A stretch of DNA of 64,000 bases from a virus. Every line of letters starts with the position of its first letter. Positions within the stretch are counted from its first letter, which is position 1. The stretch lies in the UHGV virus genome UHGV-1351772; one strand, given 5' to 3'. Both the position numbers and the translations under genes were made by a program. Below the pieces are notes generated by a model. That model worked only from the letters and a program-made list of their open reading frames with translations, searched no databases and was not told where the DNA came from. Below are positions 38,213-46,966 of this stretch, piece after piece.

Positions 38213-38238
38213 CCCCTAATCCTTTTCGGGATTAGGGG
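38213..38238. terminator. bidirectional rho-independent terminator
   Basis: cccctaatcc/ggattagggg stem with T-runs both sides. Confidence 0.6.
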
Positions 38239-38244
38239 TTGCTT

Positions 38245-39060
38245 TTATTTAGTCGCTACGTATTGAACATGGCCACATTCCTTACATTCCACGTTGGCTT
38301 TCGGGATTGTCAGGCCGGTTAAAGGAACACGTATTTGGTACTGTGCTCCACATTCTTCACAAACAAAATCGTGTTCTGGATAAACACGACCTTCTAATTT
38401 CTCTTCTTTCCTTAGTGTGCCTGCTAAGAACAGCATCGCACCTAACGCTTCATTAATCTGCTGTTCCCATTCTCCGTCTAACGGGTAAGCGAACGCACGA
38501 GTCAACGTTTCCACCATCTCTGGAGTATTACTTACATAAACGTGTTTCAGTTCAAACTCAACACGCTGTAAGCCAAACAATACGCGTGCTGTTACAGTAA
38601 CATTATCCAACGTTTGTGCAAATACAACGGGATTATCGTCGCCGTACATCGCGAATAACGCAGCACGTTCGTATTCGATATCACTCCACTCGATTAGTTC
38701 TACAGATTTAATCTCTTCCGCAATCGTAGCATTACCGAACGTTTCATGTTCCAATAATCCGACGATAACTTCATTCAACGATTTCAATTGCTGTAAACGA
38801 ATCACAGGATCGGTGTTCACGATAAGCAAACGATGCATTCTGGATTTCAACCAATTAATCGTTCCTTCTACACCGCCCCCAAACGAGCAGATGCTTATCA
38901 CTTCAGGTTCGCGAAGGATAAGAGTGGATTTTCCTGCTGCCGTACTCAAGTAGAGTTTAAAAGACTTATCGCTGGACTCTGCAACGATGGCAATGTCTTC
39001 AGTTGGAACAAAGTTTTCATTGCTCAGTCCACGCGGAAAATAATCTTTAATGGTAATCAT
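38245..39060 (-). CDS. hypothetical protein with C-terminal zinc-ribbon (CxxC...CxxC)
   Basis: FVCEECGAQ...VECKECGHV. Confidence 0.45.
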   Translation of the reverse strand: MITIKDYFPRGLSNENFVPTEDIAIVAESSDKSFKLYLSTAAGKSTLILREPEVISICSFGGGVEGTINWLKSRMHRLLIVNTDPVIRLQQLKSLNEVIVGLLEHETFGNATIAEEIKSVELIEWSDIEYERAALFAMYGDDNPVVFAQTLDNVTVTARVLFGLQRVEFELKHVYVSNTPEMVETLTRAFAYPLDGEWEQQINEALGAMLFLAGTLRKEEKLEGRVYPEHDFVCEECGAQYQIRVPLTGLTIPKANVECKECGHVQYVATK

Positions 39061-39090
39061 CTTTTATGCTCCAATTAATAAAAAATTAAG

Positions 39091-39106
39091 GGCACCCGAA
39101 GGTGCC
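39091..39106 (-). terminator. rho-independent terminator
   Basis: ggcacc cgaa ggtgcc after A-run. Confidence 0.6.
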
Positions 39107-39113
39107 TTATACA

Positions 39114-39257
39114 TTAACCACGACCAGTGCACTGTGCAACGGAGTTACCGTTGTCGATGCAAGTGTCGTAGCCTTTGTCGATGTCCAGATACAGGCAACC
39201 CAGAACAACAGCGATAACAACAGCGAAAATAGCTTTTTTGTGTTTTACAGAAATCAT
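39114..39257 (-). CDS. small lipoprotein-like peptide (47 aa), not in ORF track
   Basis: MISVKHKKAIFAVVIAVVLGCLYLDIDKGYDTCIDNGNSVAQCTGRG; AGGAG RBS 8 nt upstream; host-like codon bias. Confidence 0.4.
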   Translation of the reverse strand: MISVKHKKAIFAVVIAVVLGCLYLDIDKGYDTCIDNGNSVAQCTGRG

Positions 39258-39302
39258 GATATAACTCCTAATTAGGTATTCGATAAATGAGTATTACGTA
39301 AA

Positions 39303-39328
39303 CTCTCACCTAGGTAATATATATCTGA
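39303..39328 (-). promoter_or_regulatory. conserved promoter-like motif, copy 3
   Basis: ctctcacctaggtaatatatatctga upstream of lipoprotein-like gene. Confidence 0.45.
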
Positions 39329-39460
39329 AATCTTTTTGAATCCATATACCCTCTAGAACGCTCTAAAACGCATTCTGACGCAATTTTCTTTTTAAAGGGT
39401 AATTAGTCGTCTTAGCGGTTAAATGACTTCTGCGTGTCGTTTAGGAATAAATAAAAGGTA

Positions 39461-39488
39461 TTCCCGTTACCCATAGAGGTAACGGGAA
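39461..39488 (-). terminator. rho-independent terminator
   Basis: ttcccgttacc/ggtaacgggaa stem, A-run upstream on plus. Confidence 0.6.
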
Positions 39489-39492
39489 GTTT

Positions 39493-40299
39493 TTACAGAC
39501 CTTGCATCTTATCCATTACAGCGATTTCAGGATCGTTAATGCCCGTCTTCGAAGAAATCATAAAGCGCTTATCGCTAATAGCTTCTACAGATTCGCGAAT
39601 AAACAATGACTTTTCTTCCGCAACAGGGAGAATAGAATCGTTATCCTGCGGACCCACAAGCTGACAACTGAATGGCACATAGCTGTTGAAAGTCACATAA
39701 GGACCTAACTGCAAGACCGGATACACTTCATTAAAGTTATTTGATGTACCGCTGTCTGTAGAAATAACAGAATAGCGCACCACCGCACGAACCGCTGTTG
39801 TGTATTCAGGATCGCGGGCTTCACCCACCACGGTAAAACGAAACGCATTGAAGTCGTAGTCTTCCGACTCACTAAAGTGTGAAGGGAGAATACGTTCAAT
39901 ATACTGAGGATAGGTTTCTTGTTGCCCTGGAATAACCGCTGCAGCTAATTTCTGAGCATAGAAGTAACAATAAGCAAAGCCGTATTGCGCTTCTAAAGCA
40001 CCAGACACCACGGCAGTTGTGATCGCGTGCAGGAACAACAAATGGCCTAACGTCCCTTTTTCTTCGATTGGTAATAAGCGACAATTCTGTACACCGTCTA
40101 CGGTATAAATAACAGAAATCGTTTTGTCAGCACTGGACGCCATGATGTAGTCCAACTGGCGTTGTTCGCCACCAGGAATAACATTAAGGCAACGTTCTAA
40201 CAACTTCGACGGTTTCGAAAAATTCTCTTCTTCGAACTTGTCGATTTGAATTAACGTTTGGCCAGACATTCTGAAAGTAAGTAGATTACTCATTAACAA
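39493..40299 (-). CDS. hypothetical protein
   Basis: ORF track. Confidence 0.45.
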   Translation of the reverse strand: MLMSNLLTFRMSGQTLIQIDKFEEENFSKPSKLLERCLNVIPGGEQRQLDYIMASSADKTISVIYTVDGVQNCRLLPIEEKGTLGHLLFLHAITTAVVSGALEAQYGFAYCYFYAQKLAAAVIPGQQETYPQYIERILPSHFSESEDYDFNAFRFTVVGEARDPEYTTAVRAVVRYSVISTDSGTSNNFNEVYPVLQLGPYVTFNSYVPFSCQLVGPQDNDSILPVAEEKSLFIRESVEAISDKRFMISSKTGINDPEIAVMDKMQGL

Positions 40300-40325
40300 A
40301 TCCTTTAGGTTACGGACGACATAAT

Positions 40326-41645
40326 TTACGTAGCGGTTGTAAATTTTTCATTAGTCAACCACAACGTCAATTGACTAATGGTATTAAATTGTGGGGACGC
40401 CATCGAACCACCGTCAACGGCAGCTTGGAAAACTTCACCAACCAACGTCCCATAACGAGTGTATACACCGTAATTATTCGCATACAGATATTTTACTGCC
40501 ATACCCGGCTGCAATAAACCGTACGCTGAACGGTTCCAGGTCGTTGCGGTCAGTGTCCCTCTGGCGGCAGCCAACTTAGAACGACGAGGCTTATCTGTGT
40601 CGCTGAAGTGCTCATTTGGATCAATAGGCGCATTAACAACACCACCGGGGTACTGTGTAGGGTCTGCTGCCGAAACAAACGAATCTGACGTCGTTGCTGA
40701 AACGTCGCCTGGAGAGAAAGAACTTGCACGACCATCTAAGGCACGGATTGAACCCACGCGGTAACCCGTTCCCTGGTTTAACGCAAGAGCGTCTTTGTCT
40801 TCGAAGGTGTGAACATCACCACCACAAATCAGATAAATGACGTCACCTGCAATGTGACACGTTTTATCTAAATAGGCAACTTTCTCTCTTGGAAGGTTAA
40901 TTACCACCAGTTTCTTTTTTGCCGTAGAGAATTTCTTAGAATCCCACGGTTGAAAGATATGCCAACGGTGTTTATACAAAAAGACACCTAATCCTTGGCT
41001 ATACACACCGTAGCGGTTTTGAATGAAATCGAAAACCGAAAGAAAACTTTGCGAATCGGGAATCAAAATGTCGCGATAAGGCTGTTGTTCTTCTTCCTCG
41101 TATTCCACACCAACCAACTGACCTTCTGGTGCATCCCCAGTAGGTAACGTATCAGCAAGTAATGCACGAACGACACTTAATCCGTCGGTTTCGTGATAAA
41201 TCCCTCCTACCTGACGGCAACGAAGGAACCACATCGATTCGTCCATCAACTCCAACGTCACCACACCCAACCCTTTTTGGTCAGATTCACCCAAGAACAT
41301 CGTGGGCGATTCCATATCAGGATCGTGATTGTTAACTACGATTCCTCGGTAGTTCAGTTGCGCAATGGTTTTCTTGTTCATTGTCCGCATCAGGATTTTA
41401 ACTGATAAATCCCCTTCTGCCGACGACGTAAGAATACGTTGCTGGCTCAGTGGAATCACCACACTGAGGTGCGTGATGGTCGTTAAATCCTGAGCGAAAT
41501 TACTGGCATGGATTATCGACATGGTTTTGTAAACGTCAATCGTCACCCCACGAACCGTGATAAGGGGTACGTAGTCGATGGCCGGTAATCCCGCCGCTTG
41601 TGCAATGTGCACGTTTGCTATGTTCTGTAACCGACCAAACGACAT
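40326..41645 (-). CDS. hypothetical protein (439 aa)
   Basis: ORF track. Confidence 0.5.
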   Translation of the reverse strand: MSFGRLQNIANVHIAQAAGLPAIDYVPLITVRGVTIDVYKTMSIIHASNFAQDLTTITHLSVVIPLSQQRILTSSAEGDLSVKILMRTMNKKTIAQLNYRGIVVNNHDPDMESPTMFLGESDQKGLGVVTLELMDESMWFLRCRQVGGIYHETDGLSVVRALLADTLPTGDAPEGQLVGVEYEEEEQQPYRDILIPDSQSFLSVFDFIQNRYGVYSQGLGVFLYKHRWHIFQPWDSKKFSTAKKKLVVINLPREKVAYLDKTCHIAGDVIYLICGGDVHTFEDKDALALNQGTGYRVGSIRALDGRASSFSPGDVSATTSDSFVSAADPTQYPGGVVNAPIDPNEHFSDTDKPRRSKLAAARGTLTATTWNRSAYGLLQPGMAVKYLYANNYGVYTRYGTLVGEVFQAAVDGGSMASPQFNTISQLTLWLTNEKFTTAT

Positions 41646-42199
41646 TACAGAATTCCTCCACGTCTACGGTATATCTGTTCAATACGGTGCATAATCGTAT
41701 CGTTGAACTGATGCCGCTCTGTTTCCAATCGGACTTCGCCAAATAACGCTTGTACGGAAACCGCCATTGTTACTTCAGGTTTCTTAAAGTAACCGTAACG
41801 GTTCGCTACCGGGAACAGTTTACGCGCTAACGCATTAAACTGACGCAAGCCCTCCATAGGGACTTTACGTGTTGTCAGGTGTGGGGTCTGCATGTAATTT
41901 AGCCAATCGGCTAAGTGTTCCATGATATACCCGTACACGATAATCCCGTCATGTGGGTCGTGGACGTCTAACGCCGCGCCAGATTCTGCATAAACCGCAA
42001 CTTCGAAAGGTCGCATGTATACGGTCTTTTTATTGAGCAGTATCGCGCGTGCTTTTTTCTCGTCTTCCGGTAAGAACAACCCATGTTCCTGAGACATGTA
42101 CGTTGAAATCGTCGTCCATTCAGGGACACGCCACCCCACCCACTTGTGAAACAGCATAAATGCTGCGCTACGTTTTTCAGCCACGTTAATCCCTCGCAT
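41645..42199 (-). CDS. hypothetical protein
   Basis: Track ORF 41645..42286 overlaps upstream gene by 100 nt; internal start chosen, uncertain. Confidence 0.3.
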   Translation of the reverse strand: MRGINVAEKRSAAFMLFHKWVGWRVPEWTTISTYMSQEHGLFLPEDEKKARAILLNKKTVYMRPFEVAVYAESGAALDVHDPHDGIIVYGYIMEHLADWLNYMQTPHLTTRKVPMEGLRQFNALARKLFPVANRYGYFKKPEVTMAVSVQALFGEVRLETERHQFNDTIMHRIEQIYRRRGGIL

Positions 42200-43556
42200 A
42201 CCGTAACAACAAATACACCATCGGAATATAGTAGAACTGCGCATCCTTCGGCAAACGGTAAACTTCTTCAAACAACCGTAATGCAATTACCGTTGACAGT
42301 GGGCGTTTATTCAGATAGAGATATAAACCGTATTCTAATAACGAACTGTACGAACCCTCGTAGAACGTTGGGCTTAACAAATACGGTTCGTAAGTCAGTG
42401 GTAGAAATGCAGGGATTGATTCACCTTCATTACCCCGATAATTCTCCACTTCAACCGGTTCAAACTCCGTCCACTTCGGCCACTGTCCAGGGAAACGTTG
42501 CGCCATCCCATAGCCCGGTTTTAATTCATCGGTAAAGAATCGGGTATCCGAAATTAATGACCAGGTCACAGAATTCCGATGCTGCATCGTACGGAAGGTT
42601 TTTACCTGCCAGACACTAGAATCACGTTTGTAATCCGCTAAGAACGTTGGCGATTGATTTAACAACGCAGTCCAGACCGTTTCAATATCTTCCACACGCA
42701 TTGGTGGATGCGGATAAATTTGAATATCTTTACCAACGGTGCGTAAGCCTACAGAGCGTACGAACTGTGCCAAGAACACATCGTAGTACGCACGACTACG
42801 CAACCCATCGCTGTGTCGATCGTGCGGGAAAAGCAACGTTGCCGTTTCCCCATCGTAAAACCGTTTTACGTAAGTCTGTTCAATGTCTGCAATCGCATCA
42901 ACGACCTTCAAAAACGCACGATATTCTTTCGGTGTCAGTAACGTATCACCGCCCGTCCAGGCACGCTCAGAAACGTAATAATACTCACGGACCGTACACC
43001 GGCGAATGGTTTCTGCAACTTCTGGATCAACTTCAAACAACAGCGTATATTCAATGTTATACGTTGCAATTTTGTTATTGGACATCCGTATGACGTTCGT
43101 GACATTGAACAACGCGAACCGTCCGTCTCCAATCGGTGCAACGAAAAAACACCCTTCGTTGGGAATCACCGAGTTCGCCATTGTTGCGGCACCGGACATG
43201 GTAAACGTTTTGTTTGTTGTGTCCTGAGAACGATCTAACGGTGTGGTAACCCGCAATTCTAACCCGATGATTTTCTCTACTTGCTGGTCAGGCGTAAGTA
43301 CCTTCGAATCGAAGAATTTCTTCGCGTCGTTACGCCCTTTCAGGAAATTAAAGAAATCCACTGTCCAGGAAGACCCTTCCAGGTATTTCATCAGGTACTG
43401 TTTCGGTATACGCTCTAAATCCGTCACCGTTGTACGTGTCGGTTGTGTCACCACGTTCGTGGTTTCCTTCACACCGTCTTGTGGTTTATTCAACTCAGGG
43501 ATCGGGCGTTCCACCGGTTCGAAAGAAGACGGTTTATCACGCTTCGCTTTGAGCAT
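42186..43556 (-). CDS. hypothetical protein (456 aa)
   Basis: ORF track. Confidence 0.5.
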   Translation of the reverse strand: MLKAKRDKPSSFEPVERPIPELNKPQDGVKETTNVVTQPTRTTVTDLERIPKQYLMKYLEGSSWTVDFFNFLKGRNDAKKFFDSKVLTPDQQVEKIIGLELRVTTPLDRSQDTTNKTFTMSGAATMANSVIPNEGCFFVAPIGDGRFALFNVTNVIRMSNNKIATYNIEYTLLFEVDPEVAETIRRCTVREYYYVSERAWTGGDTLLTPKEYRAFLKVVDAIADIEQTYVKRFYDGETATLLFPHDRHSDGLRSRAYYDVFLAQFVRSVGLRTVGKDIQIYPHPPMRVEDIETVWTALLNQSPTFLADYKRDSSVWQVKTFRTMQHRNSVTWSLISDTRFFTDELKPGYGMAQRFPGQWPKWTEFEPVEVENYRGNEGESIPAFLPLTYEPYLLSPTFYEGSYSSLLEYGLYLYLNKRPLSTVIALRLFEEVYRLPKDAQFYYIPMVYLLLRYARD

Positions 43557-45045
43557 TCTCTGTTCCTCGCATGGTAATAATGGTCGAGTTCAGCACCGTC
43601 AATAACACACGGGCTTCTACGTTCGGAATCAGTTTATTAATGTCATCGATAACACTCGGCGGTAACACCGGCTTATCCCACCACCAATCAGGAACGTCCC
43701 ATTTCGGGAATAACCACTCAATTAATACTTTCGCTGCCTTCGGATATAACTGTAATGGCCAGAGGTTCATTCCACGCCAGTCAAACATGACCGATTCGGT
43801 TAAGTAATAACCCTTATTTACTTTCAGGTCACGACCTTTAAGCGAAAACGTATTTCCTTCCCAATGGTAGAAACGCGGTTCGATAATCTGTCCCTCTTCG
43901 AACAGCTCGATACGGAAAACACCCGTCTGTCCTGTCGGGTCGATCGCACGACAATGTTCGATATACGGTAGCAACGCTTCGTTCCACTCGTAAGGTAAAT
44001 CTTCCGTAGACATCACCTTCGGCGATAACATGTTGTCCGGTTCAAAAACAACATCTGTACCGAAAATCGGTAGGAGTTTATCTTTCAACGGGGAATGTGT
44101 ACGGTGGAACTGTTCTGTCGGTGACAGTAAATACGGTAAACGAATATACTGACGGGTTTCGTTAATCCACCAGGTTGAATCGAGATTCTTCTGTTGTGGA
44201 TGACGATACACCAGTTCTTCGTTAGACACCCACGGTGGGTCTATCTCTGGCCAATATTCATCAGGCAGCGGTGTCTGATTGATGATATACGGATACGAAA
44301 CCACAATCTCTTCAGGGCGCTGATAAGAGAAACGGATAACGAACGTTGCTTCCCAGTGGTTTTCATCTTTATCCCAAGCCGGTGTTTGAACATCGTATAC
44401 CGTTTCTAAACGCGTAGGTGCGTAACGTACCGCAATGGTTTCCTGACCGCCAGCAACATTAGCTGCGCGAAATACATCGGGCGTAAAATACGCTTTCAAA
44501 TAGGCTTTAAAATCGTCAAACGTTGATACTCGCGTTCCCGCAGCAACGTAGCAGGCATTCAACAATTTTAAAGCAGGTTTAGGGATATAATAGAACGCTT
44601 CTGACTCCGTCATAGTCGAATAACGACCCATGTCCACTAACGAGTCTAAACGGTTCGTCCAGCGCAATAACTCGTCACGTGAGGCACTGGTACGTCGTAA
44701 CGTTACTGTTACGTTATACATCGTTCTAACGGGCCAGGCGCGTACCTGATCGACGGAGTTTTCAAAGAAGTACGGTTCAGCCTGCTGACCAACCTGACGA
44801 TTGATTCTGGCCCACTCATCGCGTTCTTCTTCTACTTCAACGTAAACCTTTTCAGGTGAACTGTACTCTACTTCAGTACCGTCACCTAAAGTAGAATCCG
44901 GTTGATGGGCGCTATTGAATTCATCGAGGAAAACAACCGCTGCTGTATCAATACCAGACTCATTAAGTACACGTTGTATAACACCATCGATTATTGGTTT
45001 GCGAATGGTCGCGTCTAACGACGGAATTTCAAAATACTGTTGCAT
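43537..45045 (-). CDS. hypothetical protein (502 aa)
   Basis: ORF track. Confidence 0.5.
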   Translation of the reverse strand: MQQYFEIPSLDATIRKPIIDGVIQRVLNESGIDTAAVVFLDEFNSAHQPDSTLGDGTEVEYSSPEKVYVEVEEERDEWARINRQVGQQAEPYFFENSVDQVRAWPVRTMYNVTVTLRRTSASRDELLRWTNRLDSLVDMGRYSTMTESEAFYYIPKPALKLLNACYVAAGTRVSTFDDFKAYLKAYFTPDVFRAANVAGGQETIAVRYAPTRLETVYDVQTPAWDKDENHWEATFVIRFSYQRPEEIVVSYPYIINQTPLPDEYWPEIDPPWVSNEELVYRHPQQKNLDSTWWINETRQYIRLPYLLSPTEQFHRTHSPLKDKLLPIFGTDVVFEPDNMLSPKVMSTEDLPYEWNEALLPYIEHCRAIDPTGQTGVFRIELFEEGQIIEPRFYHWEGNTFSLKGRDLKVNKGYYLTESVMFDWRGMNLWPLQLYPKAAKVLIEWLFPKWDVPDWWWDKPVLPPSVIDDINKLIPNVEARVLLTVLNSTIITMRGTENAQSEA

Positions 45046-45096
45046 TGGCTTGTTCCTTCGTTATAGTCATATCACAGGCGCGAAATGAAAAAAAAT

Positions 45097-45120
45097 AAAA
45101 GGGAACCGAAGTCCCCTTTT
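45097..45120 (-). terminator. rho-independent terminator
   Basis: GC hairpin with cgaa-containing loop after long A-run. Confidence 0.5.
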
Positions 45121-45133
45121 ACGTTTATCCTAC

Positions 45134-45430
45134 CTATAACAGATAAGGTATACCTTCAAAGATAATCTCGTCGTTAGCGAAGCCAACAGACGCTTCCTCA
45201 CCCCCAGAGGTGGTTGCCCAAATCTCTGCCGCAAAACGCTGATTGTTAATCAACAGCCCACGGTTGTTTTCGAACAACACTATCAAGACCAACCTGACGC
45301 TTTTATCTTGATGTAAACGGCGTATAAAGGCGTGCTTTACAGAGGAAGGATACCAGGTGAAGCGTGCTATTTTCCCTTTCGCAACTCTACCTAAAAAGAG
45401 CTTTTCTAAGGTTACAAACTCAGTGCCCAT
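45134..45430 (-). CDS. hypothetical protein
   Basis: ATG 45430 overlaps DHFR stop by 11 nt. Confidence 0.35.
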   Translation of the reverse strand: MGTEFVTLEKLFLGRVAKGKIARFTWYPSSVKHAFIRRLHQDKSVRLVLIVLFENNRGLLINNQRFAAEIWATTSGGEEASVGFANDEIIFEGIPYLL

Positions 45431-45956
45431 CTCTTTTCCAAATCTGATAATGCCAACGTGGGACATCGCTATCCGGTTTGGAAGCGTGCGTTAAGTTATA
45501 AACCAGTCTAAACTTGTTACGATCGATTTCAGGAAAGAACGCATCTGCACCATCGACTTTAACTTCTACGCGTGACAAGTAAATCTTATCCACATAAGGT
45601 AACGCCTGATGGTAAATTTCTGCGCCGCCGATAATAAAGATTTCCTTAGGATAACCCTTTTTCTCAACCTCGGTTTTGAGGAATTCAATAATCGAACCCA
45701 TTTCACCCTTAAGGTTAAGCACCCCATCGATATCGGGCACACCACCAGGTCTTCTCGTTAACACGACATGGTGGCGATTTGGTAGGGGTTTATACCCTAA
45801 CGATTCCCATGTCTTGCTTCCCATCACAATAACTTTACCTGACGTAAGAGCCTTAAAATTCTTTAAGTCATCGGGAATACGCCACGGCAGTTTATTGTCT
45901 TTCCCAATTTCGTTATTCAACCCAGCAGCAGCTATCATCGAAACTGTAATTGTCAT
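45420..45956 (-). CDS. dihydrofolate reductase
   Basis: MTITVSMIAAAGLNNEIGKDNKLPWRIPDDLKNFKALTSGKVIVMGSKTWESLG... typical bacterial-type DHFR; start at internal ATG 45956 (ATGA overlap with upstream stop), not track start 46145. Confidence 0.8.
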   Translation of the reverse strand: MTITVSMIAAAGLNNEIGKDNKLPWRIPDDLKNFKALTSGKVIVMGSKTWESLGYKPLPNRHHVVLTRRPGGVPDIDGVLNLKGEMGSIIEFLKTEVEKKGYPKEIFIIGGAEIYHQALPYVDKIYLSRVEVKVDGADAFFPEIDRNKFRLVYNLTHASKPDSDVPRWHYQIWKRDGH

Positions 45957-46258
45957 TTCTTTATCTCCAGTGAGCCTCTTAAATGGCGTATAAAATCTTT
46001 TCGGGTATACCGACTCGTTTTGTACTGATCGGCTAAATGGTAAACGGTAACGTACCGCCCTTTGGCTTCCATATGCAAATGCGTTATATTGCCATCGTTC
46101 GTAGGGAGTGGTCTGATCAGAGGAATCATCAAATCCCCATTCCAACCAGGTTCATTAAGTCTCGGTATCAGTAATCGAATGTCTAGCCGTTTTACGCAGT
46201 ACACCACATTACTTTCCGGCAACTTAACAACACATATCGCATCGGCTTTGAGTTTCAT
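45953..46258 (-). CDS. hypothetical protein
   Basis: ORF track. Confidence 0.4.
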   Translation of the reverse strand: MKLKADAICVVKLPESNVVYCVKRLDIRLLIPRLNEPGWNGDLMIPLIRPLPTNDGNITHLHMEAKGRYVTVYHLADQYKTSRYTRKDFIRHLRGSLEIKK

Positions 46259-46260
46259 TT

Positions 46261-46812
46261 TTAACCTTCCTGGTATTGTCTAATTCCGTAATCAGGTAGA
46301 ATGTTTTCTACTGTGGTTTTCGGTACAACTGAAAGCTGGTTGTATAAATTCAACAAATCCTCGCGCAGTAACTTCTGCTCGATATCAAGTTTATAACAAG
46401 CCAGTTCTTTTTCTAGCGGTTTAAGTAATACAACGCGTGTTTGAAAACCGTCAATAGGCTCAGGAACACGATAACCGCGACGACGATAGAACGTTTCCAG
46501 CTTCGAATAATCACGAATGTATGTTTTCGTCAGTGTAGAATAACCTGCGTCTAACATAAACTTGTAGAACGGACGTAAAGCGATGAAACGATTATATTCC
46601 AGGTGCACCGGAATATAGAATTCGTAATTGCCGTAAGTGAGCGTGGAGAGTTGGGAACCATTACAATGCACACAGTTAATAAAAATAGCCAGTCCAATCA
46701 TTACCGGGCGTGGGACGATAAGAGTTTTATCGCCAAACTGAATGCGGAAAATTTCCTGCTGCAGGCTGGTTTCAGATACGACTTCAGCGTCTAAGATATT
46801 AAATTTGTTCAT
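46261..46812 (-). CDS. hypothetical protein
   Basis: ORF track; TAGGAG RBS; promoter-like motif upstream. Confidence 0.45.
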   Translation of the reverse strand: MNKFNILDAEVVSETSLQQEIFRIQFGDKTLIVPRPVMIGLAIFINCVHCNGSQLSTLTYGNYEFYIPVHLEYNRFIALRPFYKFMLDAGYSTLTKTYIRDYSKLETFYRRRGYRVPEPIDGFQTRVVLLKPLEKELACYKLDIEQKLLREDLLNLYNQLSVVPKTTVENILPDYGIRQYQEG

Positions 46813-46861
46813 TTCTATTCTCCTAAAGGTAATAAACTGGTCGTTAAAAGATTACAATGTA

Positions 46862-46888
46862 ATCTCACTAAGATAATATCTATCTGTG
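46862..46888 (-). promoter_or_regulatory. conserved promoter-like motif, copy 4
   Basis: tctcactaagataatatctatctgtga followed by AGATTACA/TGTAATCT palindrome. Confidence 0.4.
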
Positions 46889-46919
46889 ATTATTTTTAAT
46901 AGAAAAAAAAAAGAAAAGG

Positions 46920-46948
46920 GAGAACCACCCCATTACAAGGTGGTTCTC
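46920..46948 (-). terminator. rho-independent terminator
   Basis: gagaaccacc/ggtggttctc stem after ~20 nt A-run. Confidence 0.65.
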
Positions 46949-46966
46949 TTACTAAACAATCAGGGA

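Noticed and set aside
37341-38238. Possible CRISPR array or tRNA cluster in the repeat region
   Set aside because: The repeats are ~320 bp apart with small ORFs between them, not 25-40 bp repeats with similar-sized spacers. The hairpins do not form cloverleaves and no tRNA-like T or D arms are present.
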